Source of the DNA: Eledone cirrhosa
Lineage: Eukaryota
Length of the DNA stretch: 64,000 bases
Direction of reading: 5' to 3'
NCBI GenBank assembly: GCA_964016885.1
Contig: OZ024740.1
Span: 132,990,001-133,054,000 of the forward strand
Shown: piece after piece, positions 50,655 to 63,160 of the stretch
Position numbering within the stretch: position 1 is the stretch's first letter
Layout: every line of letters starts with the position of its first letter
Position numbers and translations under genes: made by a program
The notes under the pieces: generated by a model
Told to the model about the DNA's origin: nothing
The model's input: only the letters and a program-made list of their open reading frames with translations
The model's database searches: none

Positions 50655-52848
50655 ATTCCTTGAATCTCAGTCATTGATGTTGGTTAACTGGAAAGTCCGT
50701 TGGATTGAATATCAAGCCACTACCTGCAGCCTCAGATATTCAGGACGTATCGGAGGGTTCTTGCTGTTCCAAGCAAGCATGCCTTTTGAAACATTCCAAA
50801 AAGCGTGAAGGGGCCGATTTTCTTTAACCATCCCTGGAAACTTTTGGAGATAGTCCCCAGTGCGCCTATGACAATCGGGATCACTTTGACTTCATGGCAG
50901 TTCCAAATCCTTTTCACCTCCCACTTTAGGTCCTGGTATCGGTTAATTTTCTCCCTCTCCTTCTCTTGCACTCTCGTGTCGAACGGGCAGGCCACATCCA
51001 CAAACAGACACGTTCTTTTTTCTTTGTCCACAACCACCAGGTCAGGTCTATTGTGTTCCAGTTTTTTGTCCGTCTGTATCCTAAAATCCCACAGCACCTT
51101 CACCTGATTGTTCTCCATCACCGCCTCTGGCCTATGCTCATACCATTTCTCAGAATGTGGTAAATTGTTTACTTTGCACAGGTGCCAGTGGATCACCCTG
51201 CCCATCACATCGTGTCTCCAGCCCTTATAGTGGGTCTGGGCTAGGTGTTTACACTCGGACACAATGTGAGCCACAGTCTCCTCTCTCTCTCCACAGATCC
51301 TGCACAGTGGGCTAGCCTCCTCCTTGTAGATATGGTGCTTCAACCACTTCGTTTTGAGGGCCTGCTCCTGCGCAGCCATTAGCATTCCTTCTGTAGCCTT
51401 TTTGAGGTCTCCTCTTCTCAACCAGTTCCATGTCTGTGGATCTCTAAATTCCGTTTTCTCAAAGAAGGTACTATGAAGGGATTTTCCCTTAAGGCTGCTC
51501 TTCCTCCTTGATGTTATTTCCTCCTTGGACATCCCCTGGCCTACTGTCCCCTCCTTCAGTACAGTTCTGAGCATTGGCTCCTTACTATAGGTCACGTATT
51601 TGTATAGGTTGTTTTTCTCCATCTGAACACAGTCCTCTATGCTGATAAGACCTCTTCCACCCTCAGATCTCCTTAGGTAGAGTCTATCGACATCACTCCT
51701 CTTGTGGAACATGTTGTAGATAGTCAATAGCTTCCTAGTCTTCCTATCCATTTCTTTTTGTTCAGCAACATTCCATCTCAGAATTCCCGCACTGTACCTA
51801 ATAATAGACACAGCTCGGGAATTTACTGCGCTTATGGCATTTCTGCTGTTCAGATGTGACTTCAATACGCTCCTTACTCTTCGAATGTATTCAGTTCTTA
51901 ACAATTCCTTCATTTTTTTGTTCTTTATGCCATCAGCCTCCAGAACGCCCAAATACTTGTATCCTTCCTCAGAGTCAATTTCCTTTATCATCTCACCTGT
52001 TGGTATCTGGATCCCGTTACTTCTGCTCAACCTACCCCTCTTCATCACAATGACTCCACATTTACCAATACCAAACTGCATACATATATCACTGCTGAAA
52101 ATACGGACAGTGTCAACAAGCACATCCAACTCCTTCTCACTTTTCCCGAAGAGCTTAAGATCGTCCATGAAGAGGAGGTGATTGATGGTAAGCTCTCCCC
52201 TTCCCAACTTGTATCCTGCTCTCACTTTTCGCAGCATAATGGTCAAGGGTATCAGGGCAAGGACAAACAACAGAGGGGACAGGCTATCTCCCTGGAAGAT
52301 ACCTCTCTTGATCTTCACGCTTCCCAAGGATACTCCAGTTGATGTCAACTCTGTCTCCCAGGACCCCATACTCCTGCCTAGCAACTGTCTGATGTTATCT
52401 GCCACCCTGAAGATCTCCAGGCTTTTGGTGATCCAGGAATGAGGCACCATGTCAAATGCCTTTCTGTAGTCTATCCATCCCATGGCAAGATCAGTGTGTC
52501 TCCTCCTGCAATTCCCCATTACCATCTTATCAATAAGTAACTGGTCCTTTGTACCACGTGACTTCTTTCGGCATCCTTTCTGTTCGTCCGGTAACAAGTT
52601 GTTTGTGTGGAGGTGATGGTAGATTTCCTCAGACACAATGCTCGTCAACAGTTTCCACATTACGGACAGACATGTGATAGGTCTATAGTTGGTAACATCA
52701 TTACCCTTGATTCGGTCTTTCATTATCAGAACTGTGGTACCTTTTGTCAACCACTCTGGCACCTCACCCGACACCAAGCAGTCATTGAACATGGCCGTCA
52801 GCTTCGGGTGGAGGGATGTTAAATGTTTAATCCAATACCCCTGCACAC
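50655..52848 (-). mobile_element. Young 5'-truncated R4/Dong-type element between TAA tracts
   Basis: Uninterrupted ORF, short 3'UTR, tta tracts at 50621-50655 and 52849-52905. Confidence 0.92.
50732..52846 (-). CDS. RT + CCHC + restriction-like endonuclease, N-terminally truncated (704 codons, no native start)
   Basis: NYRPITC, DYRKAFD, GIFQGDSLS, FMDD, CRIC..ETVAHIVSEC, RHD, RPDLVVVD. Confidence 0.85.
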   Translation of the reverse strand: MQGYWIKHLTSLHPKLTAMFNDCLVSGEVPEWLTKGTTVLIMKDRIKGNDVTNYRPITCLSVMWKLLTSIVSEEIYHHLHTNNLLPDEQKGCRKKSRGTKDQLLIDKMVMGNCRRRHTDLAMGWIDYRKAFDMVPHSWITKSLEIFRVADNIRQLLGRSMGSWETELTSTGVSLGSVKIKRGIFQGDSLSPLLFVLALIPLTIMLRKVRAGYKLGRGELTINHLLFMDDLKLFGKSEKELDVLVDTVRIFSSDICMQFGIGKCGVIVMKRGRLSRSNGIQIPTGEMIKEIDSEEGYKYLGVLEADGIKNKKMKELLRTEYIRRVRSVLKSHLNSRNAISAVNSRAVSIIRYSAGILRWNVAEQKEMDRKTRKLLTIYNMFHKRSDVDRLYLRRSEGGRGLISIEDCVQMEKNNLYKYVTYSKEPMLRTVLKEGTVGQGMSKEEITSRRKSSLKGKSLHSTFFEKTEFRDPQTWNWLRRGDLKKATEGMLMAAQEQALKTKWLKHHIYKEEASPLCRICGEREETVAHIVSECKHLAQTHYKGWRHDVMGRVIHWHLCKVNNLPHSEKWYEHRPEAVMENNQVKVLWDFRIQTDKKLEHNRPDLVVVDKEKRTCLFVDVACPFDTRVQEKEREKINRYQDLKWEVKRIWNCHEVKVIPIVIGALGTISKSFQGWLKKIGPFTLFGMFQKACLLGTARTLRYVLNI

Positions 52849-52905
<57 letters not shown>
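52849..52905. repeat. (TTA)n microsatellite at LINE junction (others at 36332-36381, 42406-42426, 50621-50645, 56791-56861, 62572-62590)
   Basis: Direct reading. Confidence 0.95.
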
Positions 52906-55900
52906 CATTCGACTAGATTTCCCCAATGTGCCAGTATGGACATGGACCAACCGAATGGGGTCATCTAGATCGTATATAGACAGGCTATTCATTAGGAAAA
53001 TAGATAGAAATAGTGTGGGCGGCCCACTTTTTAAAACGGTCGCCTATTCAGATCACAAATTTGTGATCTGTACCGTCGACTTAGATAAAACGCGTAGATT
53101 AGGACCGGGTTACTGGAAGATGAACATGTCATTTCCGGCACGTAAGGCTTACAGGGTCCAAGTCAACAATTTATTTAAGCAAAAGTTGACAAGGGGGATC
53201 ATCAACAACAGATGGTTGGGGGCTCTCAAAAGGGAGATTAGAGTAACTTCGATAGAGTTCAGCAAGGAACTAGCGTTAGAGAAAAATAGAACAACAGAGG
53301 GGGAGCTAGTAGATAAGTTAGACGAGGCTATTTGTAGTGGCATTGCAATTGACGTGCTAGCGGCGATATTTGCATTAGACCATTTCTTCAATGCGAAACA
53401 CGAAGGTTGCATTGTCAGAGCTAAGGCGCGTGCGCTGAGAAACGAGGAAACCAAAGCTGTTGGATGGGCCCGCGTGGCGGAGGCGCAGCGTGGTAATAAA
53501 ACCACAATTCGGTCTTTGGCGAACCTAGACGGACACGAGATAAGCGATTCCAAGCGGATGTGTGAGGCCTTTCGCCAGCACTTTGCTCGGTTGTTCGTGG
53601 AGAGTGGCGAGTCAGAGAGAGAGTAGCGGATATCAGACCCTACTTTAACGGCCTGCCGCGCATCTCGACGGTCGACGCTGAGCCGATTACTTCAGCCGAA
53701 ATTCAGGACGCCCTTGTCGGCTGCATGAGGCGCAAGTCACCCGGTTTGGATGGCCTGCCCTACGAGCTTTACGTAAATATGCCAGACTTGTTCTCCGAAC
53801 TCCTCGAAGCACTCTACTGCAACTGGCAGAAGAATGGGAGTATTCCCAGTTCTGTGAGCAGGGGAGTGGTGACGCTGATAATGAAAGACGAGAACAAGAG
53901 GGACACATTAGACAATTTCAGGCCCATAACTCTGCTCAACACAGAGTTTAAGATTTTGGCCAAGGTGTTAGCAAAGAGATTGGCGCTTGTCGTCGAGGAT
54001 TTGGTTGGGGAGGCGCAAACTTGCACAATCCCAACCAGGTCCATACACGACAATCTCCACCTCATGCGATACATCATAGAGAGGGTTAGGGTGTAAACCT
54101 GGCTTCGGTGGGGCACTGATCAATTTAGATCAATCGAAAGCATTCGATAGGGTCGACCATTGGTATCTAGAGTTTGTCCTCAAAGCAGCTGGCTTCGGCC
54201 CGGTCTTCAGAAGCTGTATCGCTGCAAGGTACAGCGGCATACGCTCGGTGATCAAGGTTAATGGCCACCTCTCGGAACCATTTCGGCTATCCCGATCGGT
54301 CCTTCAAGGGTGCCCTATCTCTTCCCTTATGTACGTATTGACTCTCGAGCCTTGACTGCGGAAGCTGGAGCTGTTGCAGGGCATCCCTCTCGAACCTGGA
54401 CATGGAAAGGCGGTGTCGGCTTATGCGGACGACATCACCGTGATGGTGTCGAACACCTCAGAAATCGAGGTGGTCGGCACCTTATTGAAGGAATATGAAA
54501 AGTGCGTGGGCTTGCAGCTCGTAACCTGGAGAGGCAATCTCATGCCGTCCAACAGCGTCGGCGGGCGCTGGACGGACGGACCGGTAAGGTTGCTCGGGGT
54601 TTGGTTCGGACCAGAACTCCAGGTGGAAAATAATTGGGACGAGCTACGTGCAGAGTAGCCAGTCTCACCCAAAAATTGGCCCGGAGGAAGCTATCACTGA
54701 AAGGTCGCGCGGAGGTGGCGAATGCGTACATCGCGTCCGTCATCTACTACCGCCTGACTGTCGTGTCTTGCCCCCGTCCGCGCCTCGTCAAGTTGGAACG
54801 GCTCCCCTTAAAATGTTTGTGGAGGGGACAAGTTCCGTTGGTGAGGCGGTCCATCTGCTGCCAGCACCCTCTACGCGGAGGGCTGGGCATGCCGTGGCTA
54901 ATGATGCGCAACATGCGTTGAGGCTGCGACATCTCCGGATATTTTTCGCCTCAACGGTGAACAGGTGTGGTCGCCGTTTATCAGACGGGCCTTTCAGCAG
55001 CTCATTTCTTTATCTGACTGCAGTCCTGGGTCAAGAAGAGACCGAGACTGGGTGACTTGCACCTGGAATATTGCCAGGCACCCACTGCCCTCTACCAAGC
55101 GGGCAATGCGATCAGTGGAACTTCCACTCTCGAGTTCTATAGAGGATTAGTTGTGGGCAAGTGCGATGACGCACTCGGAGAAGCTTTGGGCCTCGACGAA
55201 GTCGAACTGACAAGTCTGTACCGGAGGACTTTTGAGCCGGGGACGATGGACAATTTCCAGAAATACCTCGCTTGGAAGTGCTACCGGGGGGCACTGCCGG
55301 TTCGGGATAAAATATACAGGCACGGAAGTGCTGTCAGACGGACCTGCCCAACATGCGAACAGAACAGGAAACCGTTCTGCACGCACTTGTCCAATATCCG
55401 TGCATTACAGACTTGTGGAGTAATGTCGAACAGCTACTCTCGCGTGTGGAACAAATCCGGCTATCGGCCGAGTCCATAGTGAAGATCGACCCACCGCCTT
55501 CCTTAGGTCAGGAAGAGCAGGACATTTTCCTATGTCTGGTGGCAGTTGCGAAAGAGGTTATATGGTTAAAAGGACTGAAGACAGACACTTTTCTCTTCGG
55601 CCAATCCCTCATCAACTTCTTCAAGTTCCACCTGGAAAGGAAGGTGAGGGTTGAGAGAGAAGTGCTGCCTCCCAGTACATTTTGTAAAAGGTCGGTGAAT
55701 GGGGCGAGAATGGCTCGTGTGAATGGGCCTATTCTGACCATACGCCTATAGGCTAGCTAACTTGAGGAGAGGAGTGCTCTCGCTGGGTGACCTAGAAATG
55801 CAGGGTGGTTCAGGATTGGTGGGGTACCCGAGTCACCCCAGGGTAGTCCACCCCCTATCGGGGAATTTATTTTGTTATATTTATGCATAGTTTATTTTCT

Positions 55901-56022
55901 ATTTTTATATCTTCATTGTTAAATTAGTCTTGCCATTGTGCACGTCCTTATTGTACACTCCCACTGTCCCTGTCTTTGTATTGTCCCCTACATGTCGGCC
56001 CTTGTGGCTAATAAATGAAATA
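52906..56022 (+). mobile_element. 5'-truncated decayed Tx1-clade LINE (distinct subfamily)
   Basis: Starts inside APE (RLDFPNVPVWTW), YADD at about 54.4 kb, stops and frameshifts; clearly diverged from the 36.6-kb ORF2; different 3'UTR. Confidence 0.9.
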
Positions 56023-56044
56023 ATAATTATTATTATCATTTTTA

Positions 56045-56782
56045 TTTTTGCCAAGTGTCTTCCTGACACCTAGGGCAAATAAATTCACAGTGAGCATTGG
56101 TAAGCCAGTTAATACAGCACATTGATTATAATTAAAAAAACAAAACAAAAACAGTATACATATATACGCATGTGCATATGCATATGTAAATACAAGGAGG
56201 GTTATCAATCTTACAGAGATAGTGCTCTTCTCAATACGTGTGCAGTACCAGTCAAAACAATTTGTTGCACCTTGTGCAGAGAGGGTAAACCGGCAATCAT
56301 TCGCAAATATTGTTCTGTTCCTTTCTTGATCATTCCCAGTCCTCCCACAATCACTGGTATTATAACGGCCTTGATGTGTTACATTTTCTCAATTTCAAAA
56401 AGCAGATCTTTATATTTTCGTAGTTTGTCATATTCTTTTGCCGTGATATTGTGATCACATGGGATACTCATATCTATCAATATACAGACCTTGTTAATTT
56501 GATCTTTTACAATGACGTCAGGTCTATTTGCTTTTATGGTGCTGTCAGTATGTAGAGGAAAGTCTCAGAGAATTGTTACTTTTTCTCCTTCAGTTATAGC
56601 CTCATGGTGATGATTGTACCACTTGTCTTCAGCTTTCATTTTGTAATGCTGACATATTACCCAGTGTAGATATTGGCCAAATCTGTCATGTCTATATTTG
56701 TATTCTACTGGTGCTAAAACTTTACATCCAGAGACTATCTGATCCACTATTTCAACCTCAGCATTGCAGATTCGGCATATTA
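56045..56782 (-). mobile_element. R4/Dong-type 3' fragment
   Basis: CRICNAEVEIVDQIVSGC..YKYRHD, NRPDVIVKD. Confidence 0.85.
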
Positions 56783-56789
56783 TTAATAA

Positions 56790-56862
<73 letters not shown>

Positions 56863-57333
56863 GGTGACCTACGTAGTAAATCGTACCATCGTGAGCTCCG
56901 CGAAGGTTTGTTATTTTCAGTTGTTTAAAATTGCCATTTATGGAAAAATTTTTATTGTTAACTGTATATAAGTGCACATACATTGATTTCTGAAAAGGAC
57001 AGTCAAAAATATTGGGGCCTTGAGCCCAAAGTTTAAAATTTTTATAATTATCAAACAAAAGTTTTTCTTTGAAAAATCATGGATGACTCAGACTCACTCC
57101 TACCTCACAATCTAACACCTCACACAGACACCACCATTGTAAATATTACACTGGAAATGTAAGCAGTAGCAATATTTTAAATTTGTCTCAGGCAGACCTT
57201 CATTTCCCGCTATTACCAATGACTGCAGGTGTTAAAGCCGCCACCACCACCACCGCGACGACCACCACACCCACCACCACCACAGCGACAACAGTAACAA
57301 AAGAAAAAAAATTAATTAACTCGTGACATCGAA

Positions 57334-58891
57334 ATGAATTCAACCAAAATGAACTCTTCCACACCGAATACCACTGACGCCACCACCACCACAACTGAAA
57401 CTAAACTTAACAATAGCAAAAATAACGATAACAACAACAGCAACAATGACATTAAGAAAACTACCCTGGATATTGCCAGAGTAGCAAAATCGTGCGAAGC
57501 GATCCAAGTAACTCAGGAGGAATTAGAAGAAGCCAAAAGAATCGTAAAGAAAGATGGGTATAGGGCCAGCCTCACTCCCCCACCTAATAAAATGGAGCAT
57601 CGTCGCCTATGCACCGTGTCTTATCAGACAATTAACATAAAATCGCGCCGAGTGGAACGCGCATCCGAGTCCCAAATCCAAAAAGCTTTGGGACATGTGT
57701 GGGCAAAAAAAAAAACCCACATCAGACGTGGGCAGAAGTATGGGACCTTGGACGTGTTCTTTGAAACACCAGAGGAGGCCAGAGAACACTCCATGGCCCC
57801 ATTAAGAAGTGACGACTTCACACTCGTCCCAAGCTATTGTGGCCAGAGACTTGTGAAGATCAGGGTGACCCACGTTCCACCGGCCATCGAAATTCCCTGG
57901 CTAATAGCGGCCGTCCTCGCCGGCATCGAAGCCAACACCAAGATAATGGCAATAGCAAATTGAAATAGCGAAAGAAAATCAGGAGAAGTGGTCCGGATCT
58001 GGGATGGAACTCCTGATCCAAGCGGACCATAAAAGCATTGAGGAGATGCCAGAGGTAATAGACCTCACTGATGGCAGCCACCTCACCGTAATCGTTGACG
58101 GCAGAAGACCTAGGTGTGTCGTTTGTGGTGAAGGAACCCTCCTAAGGGCTTTCTGCCCTCAGGCTAAAAGGTTGAGGCCACCTCTCTTACCCACCCCAGT
58201 GACTCAACCATCAACACCACCAGCAGCAAAAATGGCCACAACAACTGTAGCAGCAACAACAGAAGCAACTGTAACAGCAACAACTCCAGCAACAGTAGCA
58301 AAACCAACACCACCACCACCCAACGCGCCAGAACTAGCACCAGCGCCTACACCATCCATCACGCCGCAACCAAAACCAACGCCTCTGGAGGAAACAAATA
58401 AATTATTAAAAAAAAAAGTTAGGACAGATATGCCACCATCCACACCAGCATCACCAAACCCATTACCACGAACACCAACACCATCACCATCATTAACCCC
58501 AACACCACCATCACCAATACCACAAAAGTCACCAAAAAGCGTAATAGAAACAAACCCACAACAAACGCAAACAAAACAAAACAACCAAAACGATACACAC
58601 TACACAGCATTAAATTTGAACAACAACCAATTATTACACTACATGCAACACAACACCAGCCTCACAGAAAAAGACTACACAACAACCCAAAAGTTCACAC
58701 CACCTCCACACATACAAATCACTCGCATCACACAGAAAACGTACACGACACTAAAACAAAAATTTCCCAAAGACATCGAAGACTTCCGACAAACACTCTC
58801 CAGGAGGATTTATAAGGACATCCTTGCGGAGGCGGCCACAAGCAGTGAAAGGGATGGAAAAACCATCCTTCCTCTACGAGAAGTAAGGTAA
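57334..58891 (+). pseudogene. LINE ORF1, disrupted
   Basis: Homologous to 40099-42192 (KSRRVERA.E.QIQKALG, LVPSYCGQ); break near 57960; knuckle reads CVVCGEGTLLRAFC. Confidence 0.85.
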
Positions 58892-58925
58892 GTGGTCTTT
58901 CCCATCTTTTCCTCTCCATTTCAAC

Positions 58926-61900
58926 ATGACCTCACTCAGAATAGGCAGCATAAATGCGCGTGGATTGGGGTCGTCATGGAAGCAGGGCCACCTGCTCAAC
59001 GACCTCAGGTCATTAAACATAGATGTAGTGGCCAACAGCGAGACCAGCATCTCCGAAGCACGGACCTTCGCACCGATCTTAGGCGGCTACGATGTGTACG
59101 CATCTCCCAGCTGTCCGGGATCGGGGGGAGGGGTAGCTGTGCTTTTTCGGAGAGGTTTGGATCTCGCCATACGGGCCATCTTCCTGGACCCAGAAGGTAA
59201 GTTGGTGGTGCTAGACGTGACCAGCGGAAACGGGCAAGCTTTCAGGCTAGTGGCCGTCTATGCCCCGACAGGAGCAGGGCGGCCTGATTTCTTCCGGCAT
59301 CTGGAGACCTTTCTTGGACGTCCCGCTCTTTAGTGTTAGTGGGCGACTGGAACGGGATCTTAGATGCACGCTGGGACTGTATGGGATTAGCGGGTAGGGG
59401 AGAATGGTGCAAGAGCCTCACCAACCTGCTCAGGCGTTTTGAACTGTCTGACTGGTACCGATTGGATTTCCCGAATGTGCCAATGTGGACTTGGACAAAT
59501 CGCATGGGGTCATCCAGATCATATCTAGATAGAATATTTTGTAGAGAAATAGATAAATCTAGCATAGGCTGTCCACAATTCAAGATAGTCAGCTACACGG
59601 ACCACAAATTCAAGATTTGTGTGCTTGACTTAGATAGTCTTCATAGACGAGGACCCGGCTACTGGAAGCTAAACGCGTCCTTACCAGCGCGCAAGGCCTA
59701 CAGAGACCGGATAAGCGAACTAGTTAAGCGGGCGTTGACGGAGGCCATCGTCAACAACAAGTGGTGGTTTGCACTGAAAAGCGCAATTAGAATAGAGTCC
59801 ATTAGGTTTAGTAAGGCTTTAGCAATAGAGAAAAATAGAGCAGAGGGAGAATTAGTTAGAAAAATAGACGACGCGCTTAGAAAAGGTATCGCGACCGACG
59901 TACTTGACGAGAAATTGGCCTTTGACCAATTCTTCAATGCAAAGCACGAAGGCTGCGTTGTCAGAGCTAGGATGCGTGCTCTCAGACACGAGGGGACGAA
60001 AGCCGTTCAATGGGTCCGAGTGGCGGAGGTGCCTGGTGGCAACAAAGCCACGATCCGGTCATTGGTGGACCACGACGGGCGCATGCTACTCGATCCGGTG
60101 CAAATGTTTGAAGCTTTTCAGCGACACTTCCCTCAGTTTATCGGGGGCAGCGACGGGCCGGATCGAGGGATGGACTTTAGTGTCTACCTCGACGGACTGC
60201 CGCGGTTCTCGGCCACTGAGGCGGAGTGTTGCGAAAAGCCGATAACAGCCGCTGAAGTACGGGAGGCAATGACTAGCTGCACAAGTGGTAAATCGCCTGG
60301 TTTGGATGGTCTGCCCTATGAACTTTACGTACAGATGCCAGACTTGTTCAGAGGCCTCTTGGCGGTCGACTACTGCAACTGGCAACAGAAGGGGAGAATT
60401 CCCAGCTCTGTCAGCCGAGGAGCGGTGGCGCTGCTGAGAAAGGATCCGAACAAGGGGGAAAACATATAATTTTAGGCCCAAAACTCTGCGAAACACAGAG
60501 TTCAAGATATTGGCCAAAGTGCTAGCAAAGAGATTGGCGCTTGTCGTTGGTGGCCTGGTGGGAGAGGCGCAGACATGCGCCATTCTCGAAAGATCCATCC
60601 ACGTACCTCCACCTCATGCGATACATGCTAGAGAGGGTAGCTAGGGAATCTGGCACGGGTGGGTCCTTGATCAATTTAGATCAGTCGAAAGCTTTCGATA
60701 GGGTCGACCATCGTTACCTAGCGGCAGTCCTGAGGGCGGCTGGCTTTGATCCCGTCTTCAGAGGCTGGATCGCTGCCATGCACAGCGACATCTGCTCTGT
60801 GGTGAGGGTGAACGTTCACCTTTCGGAACCGTTCAACATCATGCGCTCGGTCCGCCAAGGATGTCCCCTCTCGTCACTCTTGTACGTATTGACTCTCGAG
60901 CCATGACTGCACAAACTGTAGACGTTGAGGGGGGTCCCGCGGGAAATAGGATGCGGAAGATCCGTGTCAGCATATGCGGACGATGTTACCGTAGTGGTGT
61001 CGAAGACCAAACACATCGAGGCGATTGGCACTACACTAAGATAATACGAAGCGGTGACAGGAGCAATGATCAACCAGAAAAAGTCAGTGGGCTTGCAGCT
61101 CGGCACCTAGAGAGTCAGGTCCATGCCGTCCAACTGACGGACCAGTTAAATTGCCCGGGGTCTGGTTCGGTCCGGATCGCCGGACGGACAAAAACTGGGA
61201 CGAGGTGACGAGCAGGGTGGCTTCTATCACCCAGAAATGGGCCGAGAGGAAGCTAACCCTGAAAGGTCGAGCGGAGGTGGCTAACGCGTATATCGCCTCC
61301 ATCATCTACTACTGCCTGACCGTCATACCGTGTCCTAAGCCCCGCCTGATTGCGCTGGAGCGTTTGCTCTTTCGCTATTTGTGGAAGGGACGCGCTCCGA
61401 TGGTCAGGCGGTCCATCTGCTGTCAACACCCGCTACGTGGAGGGCTGGGAATGCCGTGGCTGATGATGCGCAGACACGCGCTCAGGCTTCGAGATCTCCA
61501 CCTCTTCCTCGACGGTGATCAGGTGTGGTCTCCATTTGCTAGATGCGTCTTTCCCCAGCTCGTCTCCTTGACGGAGCTGCAGTCCTGGTTCAAGCGAAGA
61601 CCGAGAGGGAGCGCTTGGAGACTGGAATGTCTTCAGACGCTCATAGCCCTCGACCAATCGGACAATGTGATCGATGGAAATCCACCTTGGCGTTCTATAG
61701 AGGATTAGTGGAGGGGACGAGCGACGACGTACTCGGGGAAACTCTAGGCGTCGACGAAAATCAACTAGCCAATCTCTTCGGAAGAACTTTCGGGCCGGGG
61801 CCTACGGACAACTTCCAGAAATCCCTGGCCTGGCAGTGCTACCGATGAATTTTGCCAGTTCGGGATAAACTCTACAGGCATGGAGGTGCCGTCAGCCGGG

Positions 61901-62315
61901 CATGTCCAAGATGCGCGCAGAGCGACGAAACCGTCCTGCACGCACTCGTCCAGTGTCCGAGCCTTGCTGACTTGTGGGTTTATGTCAAACACCTGCTGTC
62001 GCGTGTAGGACGGATCCAGCTATCAGCTGAGTCCATCGTGAGGATTGCCCCCCCCCCCTTCCTTTAGCCGCGAAGGGCAGGCAGTTTTTTTCTGTCTGGT
62101 GGCCATGGCGAAAGAGATAGTATGGTGGACACGTTTGAAAGGGCTGAAGACGAGCACTTACCTCTTCGGTGATGCCCTGATTAACTTTTTCAAATTTAAT
62201 TTCAAAAGGAAAAATCAGGGTAGAAAGGGAAGTGCTCTCTTCCCAGCATTTTGTTGAAAGATGGGTGAGACAGGCAAGAATGGCACGATTGTATGGGCCT
62301 ACTCTGAGTATGTGA
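58926..62315 (+). pseudogene. LINE ORF2, disrupted
   Basis: Fragments nearly identical to the 1139-aa ORF2, with multiple frameshifts and stops. Confidence 0.92.
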
Positions 62316-62589
62316 TGTAAATTAATGGTGGAAAACTGGGAGAGGGCACTTGCCCTTGTGGTCAGGGTTACTGTGGCTTTGTAATGGGCTTTCTCCACGA
62401 ATGTCCCTCGGAAGTCTCCCCCCTATTGGGGAATTTTTTCATTGTTCTATTATTATATTCTCTGTTTCTTGTTTTTTACACGCAGAAATGCCCATTTGTA
62501 GCGCCCTGTATTCTCCTGCACTGTCCTTAATGTCTACTCTATGTAGATCCTTGTGGTTAATAAAGAAAGCATATTATTATTATTATTAT

Positions 62590-63160
62590 TTCATTTATCT
62601 TACTCTTATTTTGATAGGAGTTATCACCAAGTCACAACCAGTGAACTCAAGAGACAACAAGGTCAGCCATGTTCAGGAAAGAACACACACACACACATGT
62701 TATGTGTTTAGACTTGTGATGTATTTATATTGACAGAATCTTCCCTATTCTATTCCCATTAGTACTATCTTTTGTATTTCTTCTATACGCATGTTTCCTG
62801 GGAGTTGGGATAAGTAATCTTTAGACCCCTTAGGTATCATTCCAAGAGCGCCTACAACCACTGGTATTGTTTTAGTTCTCAACTTCCACATTTTTCCAAT
62901 TTCTATCTCCAGGTCCTTATATTTGCTCAATTTTTCAAATGTTTTTATAGATACATTCTTGTCTATTTGAACGGACATATCAATTAGCAGGCATACCCTC
63001 TTTTTAAAGTAATTCAGTATTATATCAGGTCTATTTGCATCTATTTTTCGGTCTGTTTGGATGCCAAAGTCCCACAAAATTGAGATGTGACCTTTTTCAA
63101 GTACGGGAGGTGCTTGATACGCCCACCAATACTTTTGATGGGGAAGGTCAAAATGCTTTT
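62590..63160 (-). mobile_element. R4/Dong-type 3' fragment, same subfamily as 45485-49412
   Basis: WDFGIQTDRKIDANRPDIIL..KYKDLEIEI.KMWKL; same 3'UTR. Confidence 0.88.

Larger units (their letters stand above)
56862..62572 (+). mobile_element. Full-length decayed Tx1-clade LINE in a (TTA)n tract
   Basis: ORF1 fragments 57334-58891, ORF2 fragments 58926-62315, 3'UTR like the 36.4-kb copy. Confidence 0.92.

Noticed and set aside
52823-53626. 267-aa ORF with poly-Ile leader as a novel membrane protein
   Set aside because: (ATT)n tract fused in frame to a truncated LINE ORF2
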